Origin: Candidatus Sumerlaeia bacterium | GTDB lineage: Bacteria; Sumerlaeota; Sumerlaeia; SLMS01; JANRJK01 | Reading direction: 5' to 3' | DNA length: 64,000 nt | Assembly (NCBI GenBank): GCA_033764015.1 | Contig: JANRJK010000002.1 | Span: 64,001 to 128,000 of the forward strand | The notes under the pieces: generated by a model | The model's input: only the letters and a program-made list of their open reading frames with translations | The model's database searches: none | Told to the model about the DNA's origin: nothing | Shown here: piece after piece, positions 1 to 9,936 of the stretch | How positions within the stretch are numbered: the stretch's first letter is position 1 | Layout of the letters: each line of letters starts with the position of its first letter | Program-made: the position numbers and the translations under genes

Positions 1-68
1 CCCAAGCGCCACGCGCTGCGCGCCCCGAGCCCAAGACCCAGCAAACCGAGGACGACCTCCCCTTCTGA
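1..68 (+). CDS. ssb: 3' end of single-stranded DNA-binding protein (partial)
   Basis: Frame ends ...KTQQTEDDLPF-TGA, the acidic SSB tail, directly upstream of rpsR-rplI. Confidence 0.85.
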   Translation, partial: QAPRAARPEPKTQQTEDDLPF

Positions 69-139
69 CACCCGTCGGAAGGCAGGCGCGCCACCCATAA
101 CCCGAACAAGCCAACGGCACCCTCCCAGGAGAACGCACC

Positions 140-436
140 ATGGCCGAAATGGAACGCCGCGACGACCGCCGCGACGACCGCCCCGAGGGCGAAGGCGCCC
201 CGCGCGAACAGCGCCCGCGGCGCCGCATGCAGCGACGCAAGGTCTGCTTCTTCACCGCCACCAAGGCGGAGTACGTGGACTACAAGGACGCGGACCTGCT
301 CCGCCGCTTCGTCACCGACCGCGGAAAGCTGCTGCCGCGCCGCATGACGGGCACCTCCGCCAAATTCCAGCGCCTTCTCACGAAGGCCATCAAGCGCGCA
401 CGGCACCTCGCCCTGCTGCCCTACACGGTCCGCTGA
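140..436 (+). CDS. rpsR: 30S ribosomal protein S18
   Basis: [29 protein letters not shown]...[13 protein letters not shown]. Confidence 0.97.
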   Translation: MAEMERRDDRRDDRPEGEGAPREQRPRRRMQRRKVCFFTATKAEYVDYKDADLLRRFVTDRGKLLPRRMTGTSAKFQRLLTKAIKRARHLALLPYTVR

Positions 437-467
437 CCCCGGCCCCGCGAATCAGGAGAACGCACCT

Positions 468-1031
468 ATGCGAATCATTCTCATGCGCTCGGTCGACAAG
501 CTCGGCACCGCCGGCGACAGCGTCGACGTCCGCCCGGGCTACTACCGCAACTACCTCGGCCCCCGCGGCATCGCCGTCGTCGAAACCGACGGCAACCGGC
601 GGATGGTCGAGTCGCGCCGCAAGTTCCTCGAAGCAATCGTCATCCGCGAACGCGGCGACGCCGAGAAGCTCCGCGAGACCATTCAGGGCGTCAGCCTCGA
701 ATTCTCGCTCCGCGCCAACGACAAGGGCCAGCTCTTCGGCTCCGTCACCACGCAGGACATCACCGAGGCCTTCGCCGCGAAGGGCTTCGAGATCGACCGC
801 CGCAAGGTCGAGCTCGGCCACCCGATCAAGACCCTCGGCGAGCACAAGATCCGCCTCCGCCTCTACCCGGGCATCACGAGCGAGAACATCGTCTCCGTGA
901 CGCGCCTGCTGCAGGCCGGCGAAATGGACCCGGAGCAGGCCGCCAAGGAGGCCCATGAGGCCGAACTGGCCGCGGCCCGCGCCGCCGCCGACCGCGCCGC
1001 CATGGGCGGGGACGACGACGACGACGAGTAA
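468..1031 (+). CDS. rplI: 50S ribosomal protein L9 with acidic C-terminal extension
   Basis: LGTAGDSVDVRPGYYRNYL, GQLFGSVT, PIKTLGEH; AGGAG RBS. Confidence 0.96.
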   Translation: MRIILMRSVDKLGTAGDSVDVRPGYYRNYLGPRGIAVVETDGNRRMVESRRKFLEAIVIRERGDAEKLRETIQGVSLEFSLRANDKGQLFGSVTTQDITEAFAAKGFEIDRRKVELGHPIKTLGEHKIRLRLYPGITSENIVSVTRLLQAGEMDPEQAAKEAHEAELAAARAAADRAAMGGDDDDDE

Positions 1032-1069
1032 TCGTCCCGGCCAACGGCACCAACCCGGACAGCACCGCA

Positions 1070-1101
1070 CGCCGCCCCGGAGCCCACGCTCCGGGGCGGC
1101 G
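1070..1101. repeat. 32-bp perfect inverted repeat after rplI (REP-like/terminator)
   Basis: CGCCGCCCCGGAGC-CCAC-GCTCCGGGGCGGCG. Confidence 0.7.
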
Positions 1102-1199
1102 CCGCATTGCGGGAACCCCTCGCCACCGGCGCCCCGGCTCCGCACGATCCTGCATTCCGGGCGCGCCGGGCGCCCGCATCCAACCAGCGAGGCCGCACC

Positions 1200-2291
1200 A
1201 TGCAACGCCGCGTCGTCATCATGGCAGGAGGCGCCGGCGAACGCTTCTGGCCCGCCAGCCGCCAAGGCAGGCCCAAGCAGCTCCTCCGCCTCCTCGGCGA
1301 CCGCACGATGCTGGAACTCGCCGTCGAGCGGCTCGCGCCGCTAATCGCGCCGGAGCAGGTCACCATCGTCCTCGGCGCCGACATCGAGGCGCAGGCCCGC
1401 GAGGTCCTCGCCCGCCACCCCGGCATCGCCTTCTTGGTCGAGCCCGCCCGCCGCAACACCTGCGCGTGCCTCGCGCTCGCCCATGCCTTCCACCTCGAAC
1501 ACCACGGCCCCCACGTCTGCGCCGTGGTCACCGCGGACCACACGATCAAGCCCGAGGCGGACTTCCGCGCGCACCTCGACGCCGCGCTGCGCCTCGCGGA
1601 GGAGGAGCGCCGCGTGGTCCTCTTCGGGATGAAGGCCACCCGCCCCGACACCGCCTACGGCTACATCGAGGCAGCCGCCCCGGTGCGCCCCGGCGCTCCC
1701 GGGCCACGGGCCTTCCAAGTCGCCCGCTTCACCGAGAAGCCCCCGCGCGAGCTGGCCGAGCGCTACCTTGCCGCCGGCAACTACTACTGGAACTCCGGCA
1801 TGTTCTTCTGGCGCTCCGACGTCTTCTCCGAGGCGCTCCACGCGCACGCCCCCGCCCACGCCGCGCTCGAGGGGACTTTCGCCCCCGGCCGCGACGCCGC
1901 GCGGCTCGAACGCTTCCTCGCCGCGCCCCCGCAACCGATCGACCGCGCCATCATGGAGAAGCTCTCCGGCATCCTCATGCTCGAAGCCACATTCGAATGG
2001 GACGACGTCGGCTCCTGGACATCCCTCGAACGCCTCCACGAGCCCGACGCGGACGGCAACATCGCGGTCGGTGGCGCGGTCCTGCGCGACTCCCGCGGCT
2101 GCATCGTCTACGGCGAGGGCGAGCGCCCCGGCGACCCCTCGCCCCGCGTCGCCGTCCTCGGCTGCCACAACCTCGTCATCGCCGTTAGCGGCAACCGCGT
2201 CCTCGTCATGCCGAAGGACCGCGCGCAAGACGTGAAGCTCGTCGGGGGGGACGGTCCATCGGGGTCCTCCGGAACGGCGCACAAGCACTAG
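1200..2291 (+). CDS. manC: Mannose-1-phosphate guanylyltransferase
   Basis: IMAGGAGERFWPASRQGRPKQLL, EPARRNT, FTEKP, YYWNSGMF, WDDVGSW. Confidence 0.92.
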   Translation: MQRRVVIMAGGAGERFWPASRQGRPKQLLRLLGDRTMLELAVERLAPLIAPEQVTIVLGADIEAQAREVLARHPGIAFLVEPARRNTCACLALAHAFHLEHHGPHVCAVVTADHTIKPEADFRAHLDAALRLAEEERRVVLFGMKATRPDTAYGYIEAAAPVRPGAPGPRAFQVARFTEKPPRELAERYLAAGNYYWNSGMFFWRSDVFSEALHAHAPAHAALEGTFAPGRDAARLERFLAAPPQPIDRAIMEKLSGILMLEATFEWDDVGSWTSLERLHEPDADGNIAVGGAVLRDSRGCIVYGEGERPGDPSPRVAVLGCHNLVIAVSGNRVLVMPKDRAQDVKLVGGDGPSGSSGTAHKH

Positions 2292-2624
2292 TGAAGGGGA
2301 GCGGGGGCGCCGGACGCCCCCGCCAGCACGGTAGCAGCTAGCGCGAGCGCTTTCCCAACGTCGCCCGCGCTGTGCGTGGCCTTGCCCCCCTCGGGCAGCC
2401 CTGCCTTTGCCTGGCAATCGCCTTCGCTCCGTAGGCCCGCATTTGCCCCTCGAATTCGCCCTTGCCGACGGCACTTCGCGATTGCGCGCATGCACGGAGG
2501 TCGCGAAAATCGCCTACAAGAGCGGGTAAGACCTCGCAACGCCCGCCCGCAACTCTAGTCCCTAAACCGAAACGGTGGCTCAGCGCCCGCTACCGCCTCA
2601 GGCCCCCTCAAGAGACGAAACTCG

Positions 2625-3809
2625 ATGAACGATGTCCTGTTGCTACTTGCCGCTTCGACTTCGGCCGACCTGAAGGTCTGGGCCTACGTCGGGTTTATTG
2701 CCCTCGTGATTGTCTTCCTTGCGCTCGATCTGGGTGTCTTCCATCGGGAGGCCCACGAGGTAGAGATGAAGGAGGCCGTTACCTGGTCGATCATCTGGCT
2801 GACATGCGGCATCGCATTCTCGGGCGTCGTCTACTTGGCGTATGGCAACCATTGGCTAGGACTAGGCCTTGACACGCCCAAGTACAGCACGGCGGAGGCG
2901 TTCAAGGCCGGGGCTCCACTCATCGTATCGGGCGAGGTTACGGGGATAGAAGCGGCCAAGCAGTATCTGGTGGGCTACGTCGTCGAAAAGTCGCTGGCGA
3001 TGGACAACATCTTTGTCATCGCCCTGATCTTTGCGTTCTTCGCTGTCCCGGCTAAGTACCAGCACCGGGTACTTTTTTGGGGTATCATCGGGGCGCTGCT
3101 GATGCGCGGCGGGATGATCTTCCTTGGCGCGGGACTGATCATGAAGTACCAGTGGATTCTCATTATCTTCGGAGGATTCCTGATCCTCACGGCCTTGAAA
3201 ATGGCACTCTTGAAGGGCAACGACGACGTTTCGCAAAACGTGGTTGTTCGTCTTTGCAAGAAGTTTCTGCGGGTGACCGAGTTCTACGACGGACAAAAGT
3301 TCTTCACGCGACGAACGCTCAAGCCGACCTATAGCATCGATGCTACCGGTAAAGAAGTAATGGACCCAGCGCCTCCAGGTTCGCTGAGCGCAACTTGGGC
3401 AATTACTCCCTTGTTCTTGGCGCTGATTATGGTGGAGATCACCGATCTCGTCTTTGCGGTGGACTCCATCCCGGCCATCTTCGCCATTACGCCCGACCCG
3501 TTTATCGTCTTCACAAGTAACATCTTCGCCATCCTCGGGTTGCGTGCCTTGTACTTCTGTCTGGCGGCACTGATCCAAAAGTTCCGGTTCCTCAAGCCGG
3601 CGCTGATCCTCATCCTAGCGTTTGTGGGGGTGAAGCTGCTTCTCCTGAGCCTGCCACCGTATCTGGATGTGATTGGCTTGACCAAGTCTGACCCGATCAA
3701 GATCGACACGACGGTATCGCTCCTGGTCGTCGTGGGAACGTTGGTACTCGCCACGATCCTAAGTATCGCGATGCCGTCCAAGCCGTCGTCGAAGGCGCCC
3801 ATTGGCTGA
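2625..3809 (+). CDS. TerC/Alx family membrane protein (putative Mn exporter)
   Basis: EKSLAMDNIFV, YQHRVLFWGIIGAL, DLVFAVDSIPAIFAIT.DPFIVFTSNIFAILGLRALYF. Confidence 0.93.
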   Translation: MNDVLLLLAASTSADLKVWAYVGFIALVIVFLALDLGVFHREAHEVEMKEAVTWSIIWLTCGIAFSGVVYLAYGNHWLGLGLDTPKYSTAEAFKAGAPLIVSGEVTGIEAAKQYLVGYVVEKSLAMDNIFVIALIFAFFAVPAKYQHRVLFWGIIGALLMRGGMIFLGAGLIMKYQWILIIFGGFLILTALKMALLKGNDDVSQNVVVRLCKKFLRVTEFYDGQKFFTRRTLKPTYSIDATGKEVMDPAPPGSLSATWAITPLFLALIMVEITDLVFAVDSIPAIFAITPDPFIVFTSNIFAILGLRALYFCLAALIQKFRFLKPALILILAFVGVKLLLLSLPPYLDVIGLTKSDPIKIDTTVSLLVVVGTLVLATILSIAMPSKPSSKAPIG

Positions 3810-3884
3810 GCCGAGGTGCGAGCCCCGCAAGGGGCTTGGCCGCCCGAGCTTTTGAGGTGCCTCGAAGAGGGGCGCGGTGAGGGG

Positions 3885-4018
3885 TCCCGCGGCTGCATCG
3901 TCTCCGGCGAGGGCGAACGCCCCGGCGATCCCTCGCCGCGCGTCGCCGTTCTCGGCTGCGACAACCTCGTCATGCCGAAGGACCGCGCGCAGAACGTGAA
4001 GCTGGTGGCGGGGGATGG
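3885..4018 (+). repeat. Diverged copy of manC 3' end (2091-2254), gene remnant
   Basis: Encodes SRGCIVSGEGERPGDPSPRVAVLGCDNLV-MPKDRAQNVKLV, matching the ManC tail with a 30-nt deletion. Confidence 0.92.
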
Positions 4019-4109
4019 CTGGTGAGGAAGCAAGAGCGCGCGCAAGAAAGGGGTTGACTTGTGTGTGTGTGCGTGCCAAATGCAGGTGCCTTGGAGGAGG
4101 CTTAGCCAC

Positions 4110-4580
4110 ATGCCCAGATTCAAACGAGCATTCTTCGCACTCATCGTCGCCGCTGGGTTGACCTCACCGCCAACCCCCGTGTCGTCCGCCTGCCAATGCG
4201 ATGTCGCCAATGACGTAAACTGCGACCTAGCTACCGGCACCTGCGCCTCCCTGTTTCCCGCGATAACGGTCTATATCAAGACCGGTGAGGCGGTGGGCTG
4301 TCCATTTCGCTTCGAATGGACCCCGGGGACGGCGGCCAATCCCACCGTGCGTGCCTACACGGCCCGCTCAGCCAGAATTCTGATCAGCTACCGTCACGAT
4401 AAGACAAAGGCCGGATGCTGTAGCCTTTGTGTCACTGCTCGTACCTGCGTTCAACTTTGTTCGGTGTATGAATACTACGCCGATCCGAACGCGAATTGCA
4501 ATACGTTCGGCGGAACCCCCATTCCCGAACAACCGATCTATCAGCCCGGTCGCAACCGCTGTACAGCCACCTGCAACTAA
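4110..4580 (+). CDS. Small secreted cysteine-rich protein
   Basis: GGAGGAGG RBS; signal-like MPRFKRAFFALIVAAGL; 13 Cys. Confidence 0.75.
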   Translation: MPRFKRAFFALIVAAGLTSPPTPVSSACQCDVANDVNCDLATGTCASLFPAITVYIKTGEAVGCPFRFEWTPGTAANPTVRAYTARSARILISYRHDKTKAGCCSLCVTARTCVQLCSVYEYYADPNANCNTFGGTPIPEQPIYQPGRNRCTATCN

Positions 4581-4595
4581 TCGGGGAGATCCACG

Positions 4596-5630
4596 ATGAC
4601 CATCTCAATGGCAGTAGTCCTAGTAGTCCTCCTAAGCAAAGGGGCAACGGATACAGAGGTGCCCTGCGTCCCCACACTGGCGAACGCCTCATTCATCGTT
4701 AGGGGCTCAATAGCTGAAAGCACCAACATAATCGACTACGGTGGGGGAATGTTGCTTGGAGATGGGGAGTGGCTCTACGCCCGGGACGCGGATGCCGATC
4801 TGGAGCGCTACTCGGGCCCCTGCGCGACGACGCGAGCAACCGGGTTCACCACTCCCTGCGCATTGGTCTCAAGGCTGTTCATTTCAGACTTCGACCAGCC
4901 AAACAGCCCAATCCTGATCAACATCAACAGAGGAGGAACGGTGCGCGGAATGTACGGACGCTACAACGCATTCGCCTTCCTCTTCGGCTTGAACGAGAAC
5001 GGGTGGGTTGGTGCGGGCGAAACCTCCTTCGAGGCGATTGCGTCCAGTCCGTTATGGACTAAGGAAGTTACCGATACGGGGAAGTTCCTGTTGACCCGCG
5101 AATGGTTTCACGAGGCCCCCTACGATTACATCCGCAAGCGGTCTCAGGTCCACATCTCAACCAAGGGATTGGTGGAAGGTTGGACCTCTTGGACATTCGA
5201 TGAGAGGCCCACGGAGCCGGAGCCGAACGAGGTGCGCGACATTTGGTGGACCGTGCGCTTCGCGGACATCAAGATGATCGATGGGTATCAGGTGCCCACG
5301 AAGTTCCTTGTTACCGGTGGAACCGGGCGCGACGTGGTAATCCCGCAGGATTCCGTGCCGCTGCCGTGGTACGATGAGATCAAGATCGGCCCCAAGGCGC
5401 TCGATGGACTTCAGCTTATCGTGGACGACATGGAGTCCGGCGGACTTGAGGACTACATGGCGGCGAACCAACTCACTCCCGAGACGGTGGAGTTTCTCGT
5501 CGAAACGGTCAACGCGGAGCCCGGGGTTCCCGCCGAATACCGCCGCGGGGCTTGGAGCGCGCAGGACTACCTTGACGAGTGCGCACCGACCAAACCCGAC
5601 CCCGCGGTTTCCCGCAAGCGCGCGCGCTGA
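4596..5630 (+). CDS. Hypothetical exported protein
   Basis: 344-aa ORF 15 nt after the previous gene, GGGGAG RBS, hydrophobic N-terminus. Confidence 0.7.
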   Translation: MTISMAVVLVVLLSKGATDTEVPCVPTLANASFIVRGSIAESTNIIDYGGGMLLGDGEWLYARDADADLERYSGPCATTRATGFTTPCALVSRLFISDFDQPNSPILININRGGTVRGMYGRYNAFAFLFGLNENGWVGAGETSFEAIASSPLWTKEVTDTGKFLLTREWFHEAPYDYIRKRSQVHISTKGLVEGWTSWTFDERPTEPEPNEVRDIWWTVRFADIKMIDGYQVPTKFLVTGGTGRDVVIPQDSVPLPWYDEIKIGPKALDGLQLIVDDMESGGLEDYMAANQLTPETVEFLVETVNAEPGVPAEYRRGAWSAQDYLDECAPTKPDPAVSRKRAR

Positions 5631-5708
5631 AGTCTTGTCAGCCGCCGAACTCGCACCGCCGCCGGGAGCCATAGGTGCCTGCCGGCGGCTCCTTGTTCCG
5701 CCCTGCCA

Positions 5709-6848
5709 CTACTGCACCCACGCCCCCGTGTAGAACCGCGCGGCGACCGCGGCCCCCGCGGCGACGGCGGCGAAGGCCGCCGCCGCGGCGCTCCAGCGAC
5801 GGTCCGCGAGCGGCGCCGCCAACGCCACCCACAGCGGGAACAGCACGCCGGAGTAGCGGATCGTGCTGCGGATGCCGTCGCCGCCGAGCGCCAGCACCGG
5901 AAAGAGCGCGCCGAGCAGCGCGAAGGCGCGCCACTCCGCGGGGATGCCGCGGCGCCGAGCCGCCCACAAGGCACCCGCTAGGCAGAGCAGCGCCCAGGTG
6001 CCGTCCAGCGGCACGCCGAAACCCGCGCCCGGCTCGCGGCGCAGGAACGCCGACATCCGGGGCAGGTACCCCGCGGCGAAGCCGAACGGCTCGACACCCC
6101 AGGCGCGCTGCCCGCGCATCGGGGCAGTGGCGTCGCCGAGCGCTAGGTGGCAGTACGCGAGGAACGCCAGCGTCCCCGCGGCGCCGGCCGCCGCGACCGC
6201 GCACGCCTGCGGCAACCGGTTCCCCGCCCCGCGCGCCCGCCACAGCTCCACCGCGGCGATCGCCGCCGGCAGCAGCCACCCGTTCGATCGGCTGAGCGCC
6301 AGCGCGAAGGCGCACGCCGCCGCCAGCCCCGGGCGCCTCCGCTCCCACGCAAGGAGCAGCGCGACGCAGAGCGCGAAGAACAGCGACTCGGTGTACGGGA
6401 GCGACCAGTAGAGCGCGGTCGGTCCCGCGGCCATGAAGAGCAGCGCCAGCACCGCGGCGCGCCGCTCGACGCGCCCCTCAAGCAGCTTCGCCAGCCCGAC
6501 CAGCGCCGCGAGGTGCGCCAGCGACGAGAGCGCCGCGCCCGCGAACGGCAGCCCCGCGTCGCCCGCCACCACTCGCGCGCCCGCCAGCAGCATCGGCCAC
6601 AGCGGGAAGAACACCGGATTCTGCCAGGCGCCGGACGACGGGTCCCACGCGTAGCCGTCGCGGGCGATGCCGAGGTACCAGGTCGAGTCCCACAGCGCCA
6701 GCACCTCCGACGGCGGCAGCGCGCGCCCGGCGCTCCAGACCGCCAGGTACACCAGCAGCAGGGCCAGCCGCCCCGCCAGCCAGAGCGCCGCCGCCACCGT
6801 GGCGAGCGGCATCTCGGCGAAAAGGCGGGCGGCGGGGGGCGCGGACAT
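5709..6848 (-). CDS. GT-C mannosyltransferase (PIG-V/Mannosyl_trans2-like)
   Basis: WDSTWYLGIARDGY, FFPLWPML, YTESLF, RSNG, many TM segments. Confidence 0.85.
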   Translation of the reverse strand: MSAPPAARLFAEMPLATVAAALWLAGRLALLLVYLAVWSAGRALPPSEVLALWDSTWYLGIARDGYAWDPSSGAWQNPVFFPLWPMLLAGARVVAGDAGLPFAGAALSSLAHLAALVGLAKLLEGRVERRAAVLALLFMAAGPTALYWSLPYTESLFFALCVALLLAWERRRPGLAAACAFALALSRSNGWLLPAAIAAVELWRARGAGNRLPQACAVAAAGAAGTLAFLAYCHLALGDATAPMRGQRAWGVEPFGFAAGYLPRMSAFLRREPGAGFGVPLDGTWALLCLAGALWAARRRGIPAEWRAFALLGALFPVLALGGDGIRSTIRYSGVLFPLWVALAAPLADRRWSAAAAAFAAVAAGAAVAARFYTGAWVQ

Positions 6849-6957
6849 GCGGAGAGGCTTCCCGCGCCCGCGCCGCCGGGCAAGCGGGCGCTCTCCGCTT
6901 GTGGACCGCGCGCCTCCCCGGCAGCATCCTCGCATCCCCCCCGGATGCGCGCCCCCC

Positions 6958-8124
6958 ATGATTGGCGAAGACCGCAACTCCCGAATCGAGTCGGGCACCG
7001 TCAGCCGCACCGAAACGCAGTGGACGAAGCTGCGCGGCAGCAACATGTGGGTGCTGTCGAACTCCGCCGCGGGCAAGATCGTGAGCGACAAGTTCGGCCC
7101 CGCCGCGCGCAAGAAGCCCAACTACATCCCCATCGGCCGCGAGGTGAAGATCCTCATGGACCTCGTGTCCGAGGGCGTCCCGGTGGTGCTCACGGGCCCC
7201 CCGGGCATCGGCAAGACGACGCTCATCACGATGGTGTACCACCAACTCGGCCTGCCGCTGCAGACCTTCCTCGCGTCCTCCGCCACGCAGGCGCACGAGC
7301 TGATGGGGCGCATCGGCGCCGGCGGCGTCGAAGGCGAGCTCACCTGCTGGATCGACGGCAAGCTCTCGCTCGCCTCCCGCGCCGCCGCCGGCGGACTCGT
7401 CAGCGGCTTCTACCTCGACGAGGTGATCAAGCTCCCCAACGACATCGCCTCGGTGCTCTTCTCCGTGATCGACTCCCGCGCGACGCTGCCGCTGCCCACC
7501 GGCGAGGAGATCCTCATGGGGCAGAACCTCAAGTGCGTCTTCTCCTACAACCCCACCAAGGGCCGCCACCTCGAGGACGCGCTCCGCTCGCGCATGACGG
7601 CGATCCGCATGGGCTACGCCCCCATCGAGGTGGAAACGAAGGTGCTCCTTTCGCCCGACATCGGCAACCTCGGCGGCGTCCGCTCCGGCGCCGAGATCGC
7701 CCGCGGCCTCGTCACCTTCGCCAATGTGATCCGCTACGCCCACGGCTTCGACGTCGACGAACGCACGCCCAAGCCCTCCGACGCCGAGAAGAAGCTGCTT
7801 CAACTCCTCCCCGGACCGCCCAGCACCCGCAGCCTCGTGGTCGCCTCGCGCATGATCGCCCGCGGCGAGTACAACCCGCAGGAGGCGCTCGAACTCTTCG
7901 TGGTCCCCTCGCTCCTCCAGGACACGCACGACTTCGAAATGCCCTCGCTCATCGGCCTTATGGACAAGCTCTGCAAGGAGCTGATCCCGGACGTGAAGCT
8001 CGTCGATTCGCACCGCAGCGTCCTCGCCGACTTCAACGACGGCGTGACGGAGCAGACCGCGAAGGAGTACGAGACCAGCCTGATCGCCGCGCAGGTGATG
8101 CGCGAGTGGAAGAAGCGCGGCTGA
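6958..8124 (+). CDS. MoxR-class AAA+ ATPase, CbbQ/NirQ/NorQ-like
   Basis: Walker A GPPGIGKT, WIDG, Walker B FYLDE, SYNP, ALRSR; start uncertain. Confidence 0.82.
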   Translation: MIGEDRNSRIESGTVSRTETQWTKLRGSNMWVLSNSAAGKIVSDKFGPAARKKPNYIPIGREVKILMDLVSEGVPVVLTGPPGIGKTTLITMVYHQLGLPLQTFLASSATQAHELMGRIGAGGVEGELTCWIDGKLSLASRAAAGGLVSGFYLDEVIKLPNDIASVLFSVIDSRATLPLPTGEEILMGQNLKCVFSYNPTKGRHLEDALRSRMTAIRMGYAPIEVETKVLLSPDIGNLGGVRSGAEIARGLVTFANVIRYAHGFDVDERTPKPSDAEKKLLQLLPGPPSTRSLVVASRMIARGEYNPQEALELFVVPSLLQDTHDFEMPSLIGLMDKLCKELIPDVKLVDSHRSVLADFNDGVTEQTAKEYETSLIAAQVMREWKKRG

Positions 8125-8131
8125 CCGCCCA

Positions 8132-8800
8132 ATGGCGCACGCCGACGGCTTCATCCCCTACGATCCGCCGCGCCTCGAGCCGGAGGAGGCGCTCGCCCGC
8201 GCGCGCGCCTTCCGCGAGTCCCTCGGCGGGCGCCGCAGCGTCCGGGACTTCTCCACGCGACCGGTCGATCCCGAACTCATCGAGGAGGCGGTCCGCGCCG
8301 CCGGGCTCGCCCCCAACGGCGCCAACATGCAGCCGTGGACCTTCGTCCTCGTCACCGATCCGGAGCTGAAGGCGAAGATCCGAGAAGCCGCCGAGGCGGA
8401 GGAGCGCGAGACCTACGCGAACCGCATGAGCGACGAGTGGCGCGCGGCCCTCGCGCCCCTCGGCACCAACTGGGAGAAGCCCCACCTCACCGACGCGCCC
8501 GCGCTGCTGGTGGTGTTCGAGCAGGCCTACGGCGTCGCGCCCGACGGCTCGAAGGTGACGCACTACTACGTGAAGGAAAGCGTCGGCATCGCCGCCGGCT
8601 TCCTGATCGCGGCGCTGCACCAGGCGGGCCTGGCCACCCTGACGCACACGCCCAGCCCCATGGGCTTCCTGCGCGAGCTGCTGGGCCGCCCCGTCAACGA
8701 GCGCGCCTTCGTGCTGCTCCCGGTCGGATACCCGGCGGAGGGATGCACGGTGCCACGGATCACCAAGAAGGGCCTCGACGAGATCCTCGTCCGCCGCTGA
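8132..8800 (+). CDS. Nitroreductase-family, iodotyrosine deiodinase-like flavoprotein
   Basis: RRSVRDFS, APNGANMQPWTF, REAAEAEE, LGTNWEKPHL, HYYVKES, LTHTP. Confidence 0.88.
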   Translation: MAHADGFIPYDPPRLEPEEALARARAFRESLGGRRSVRDFSTRPVDPELIEEAVRAAGLAPNGANMQPWTFVLVTDPELKAKIREAAEAEERETYANRMSDEWRAALAPLGTNWEKPHLTDAPALLVVFEQAYGVAPDGSKVTHYYVKESVGIAAGFLIAALHQAGLATLTHTPSPMGFLRELLGRPVNERAFVLLPVGYPAEGCTVPRITKKGLDEILVRR

Positions 8801-8890
8801 ACCGGCGGACGGGGGAAGCGAAAACGCTTGCCAAGCCCGCCCGCCCGGCGGTGTCCTAAGTGGCTTGCGCGGCGAAACGCCGCGCCCATC

Positions 8891-8985
8891 ACTCACGCCT
8901 TCCGATGACGCGTTCCGGTGTTCCGTTCGGGAGTTCAAACCCGGCGGAATGGACGCGCCGCGCGACGAAGGCGGAGGGAAAACCA
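8891..8985 (+). promoter_or_regulatory. rpsB (S2) leader RNA
   Basis: ACTCACGCCTTC...GGTG...GAAGGCGGAGG..AAACC nested stems immediately 5' of rpsB. Confidence 0.65.
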
Positions 8986-9000
8986 CCCCAGGAGACGAGC

Positions 9001-9813
<813 letters not shown>

Positions 9814-9829
9814 CGCCAAACGCGTCGCC

Positions 9830-9864
9830 GCGCCGGGGGGCGGGTTTTCCTCGCCCCCCGGCGC
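9830..9864 (+). terminator. GC-rich hairpin between rpsB and tsf
   Basis: GCGCCGGGGGGCG...CGCCCCCCGGCGC; no U-tract. Confidence 0.45.
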
Positions 9865-9936
9865 ACAACCCCCGTTCAATCCCGGGGATCAACGCCGGAA
9901 CACGCCGGACTCCAACACACCCAAGGTAAACACAGC

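Noticed and set aside
110..1051. GCCAACGGCACC on both sides of rpsR-rplI
   Set aside because: Only 12 bp in GC-rich DNA around essential genes; chance is likely
2292..2624. Possible yybP-ykoY Mn riboswitch upstream of terC
   Set aside because: Expected from the family, but I could not find the conserved GGGGAGUA-type core in a suitable structure; needs an Rfam scan
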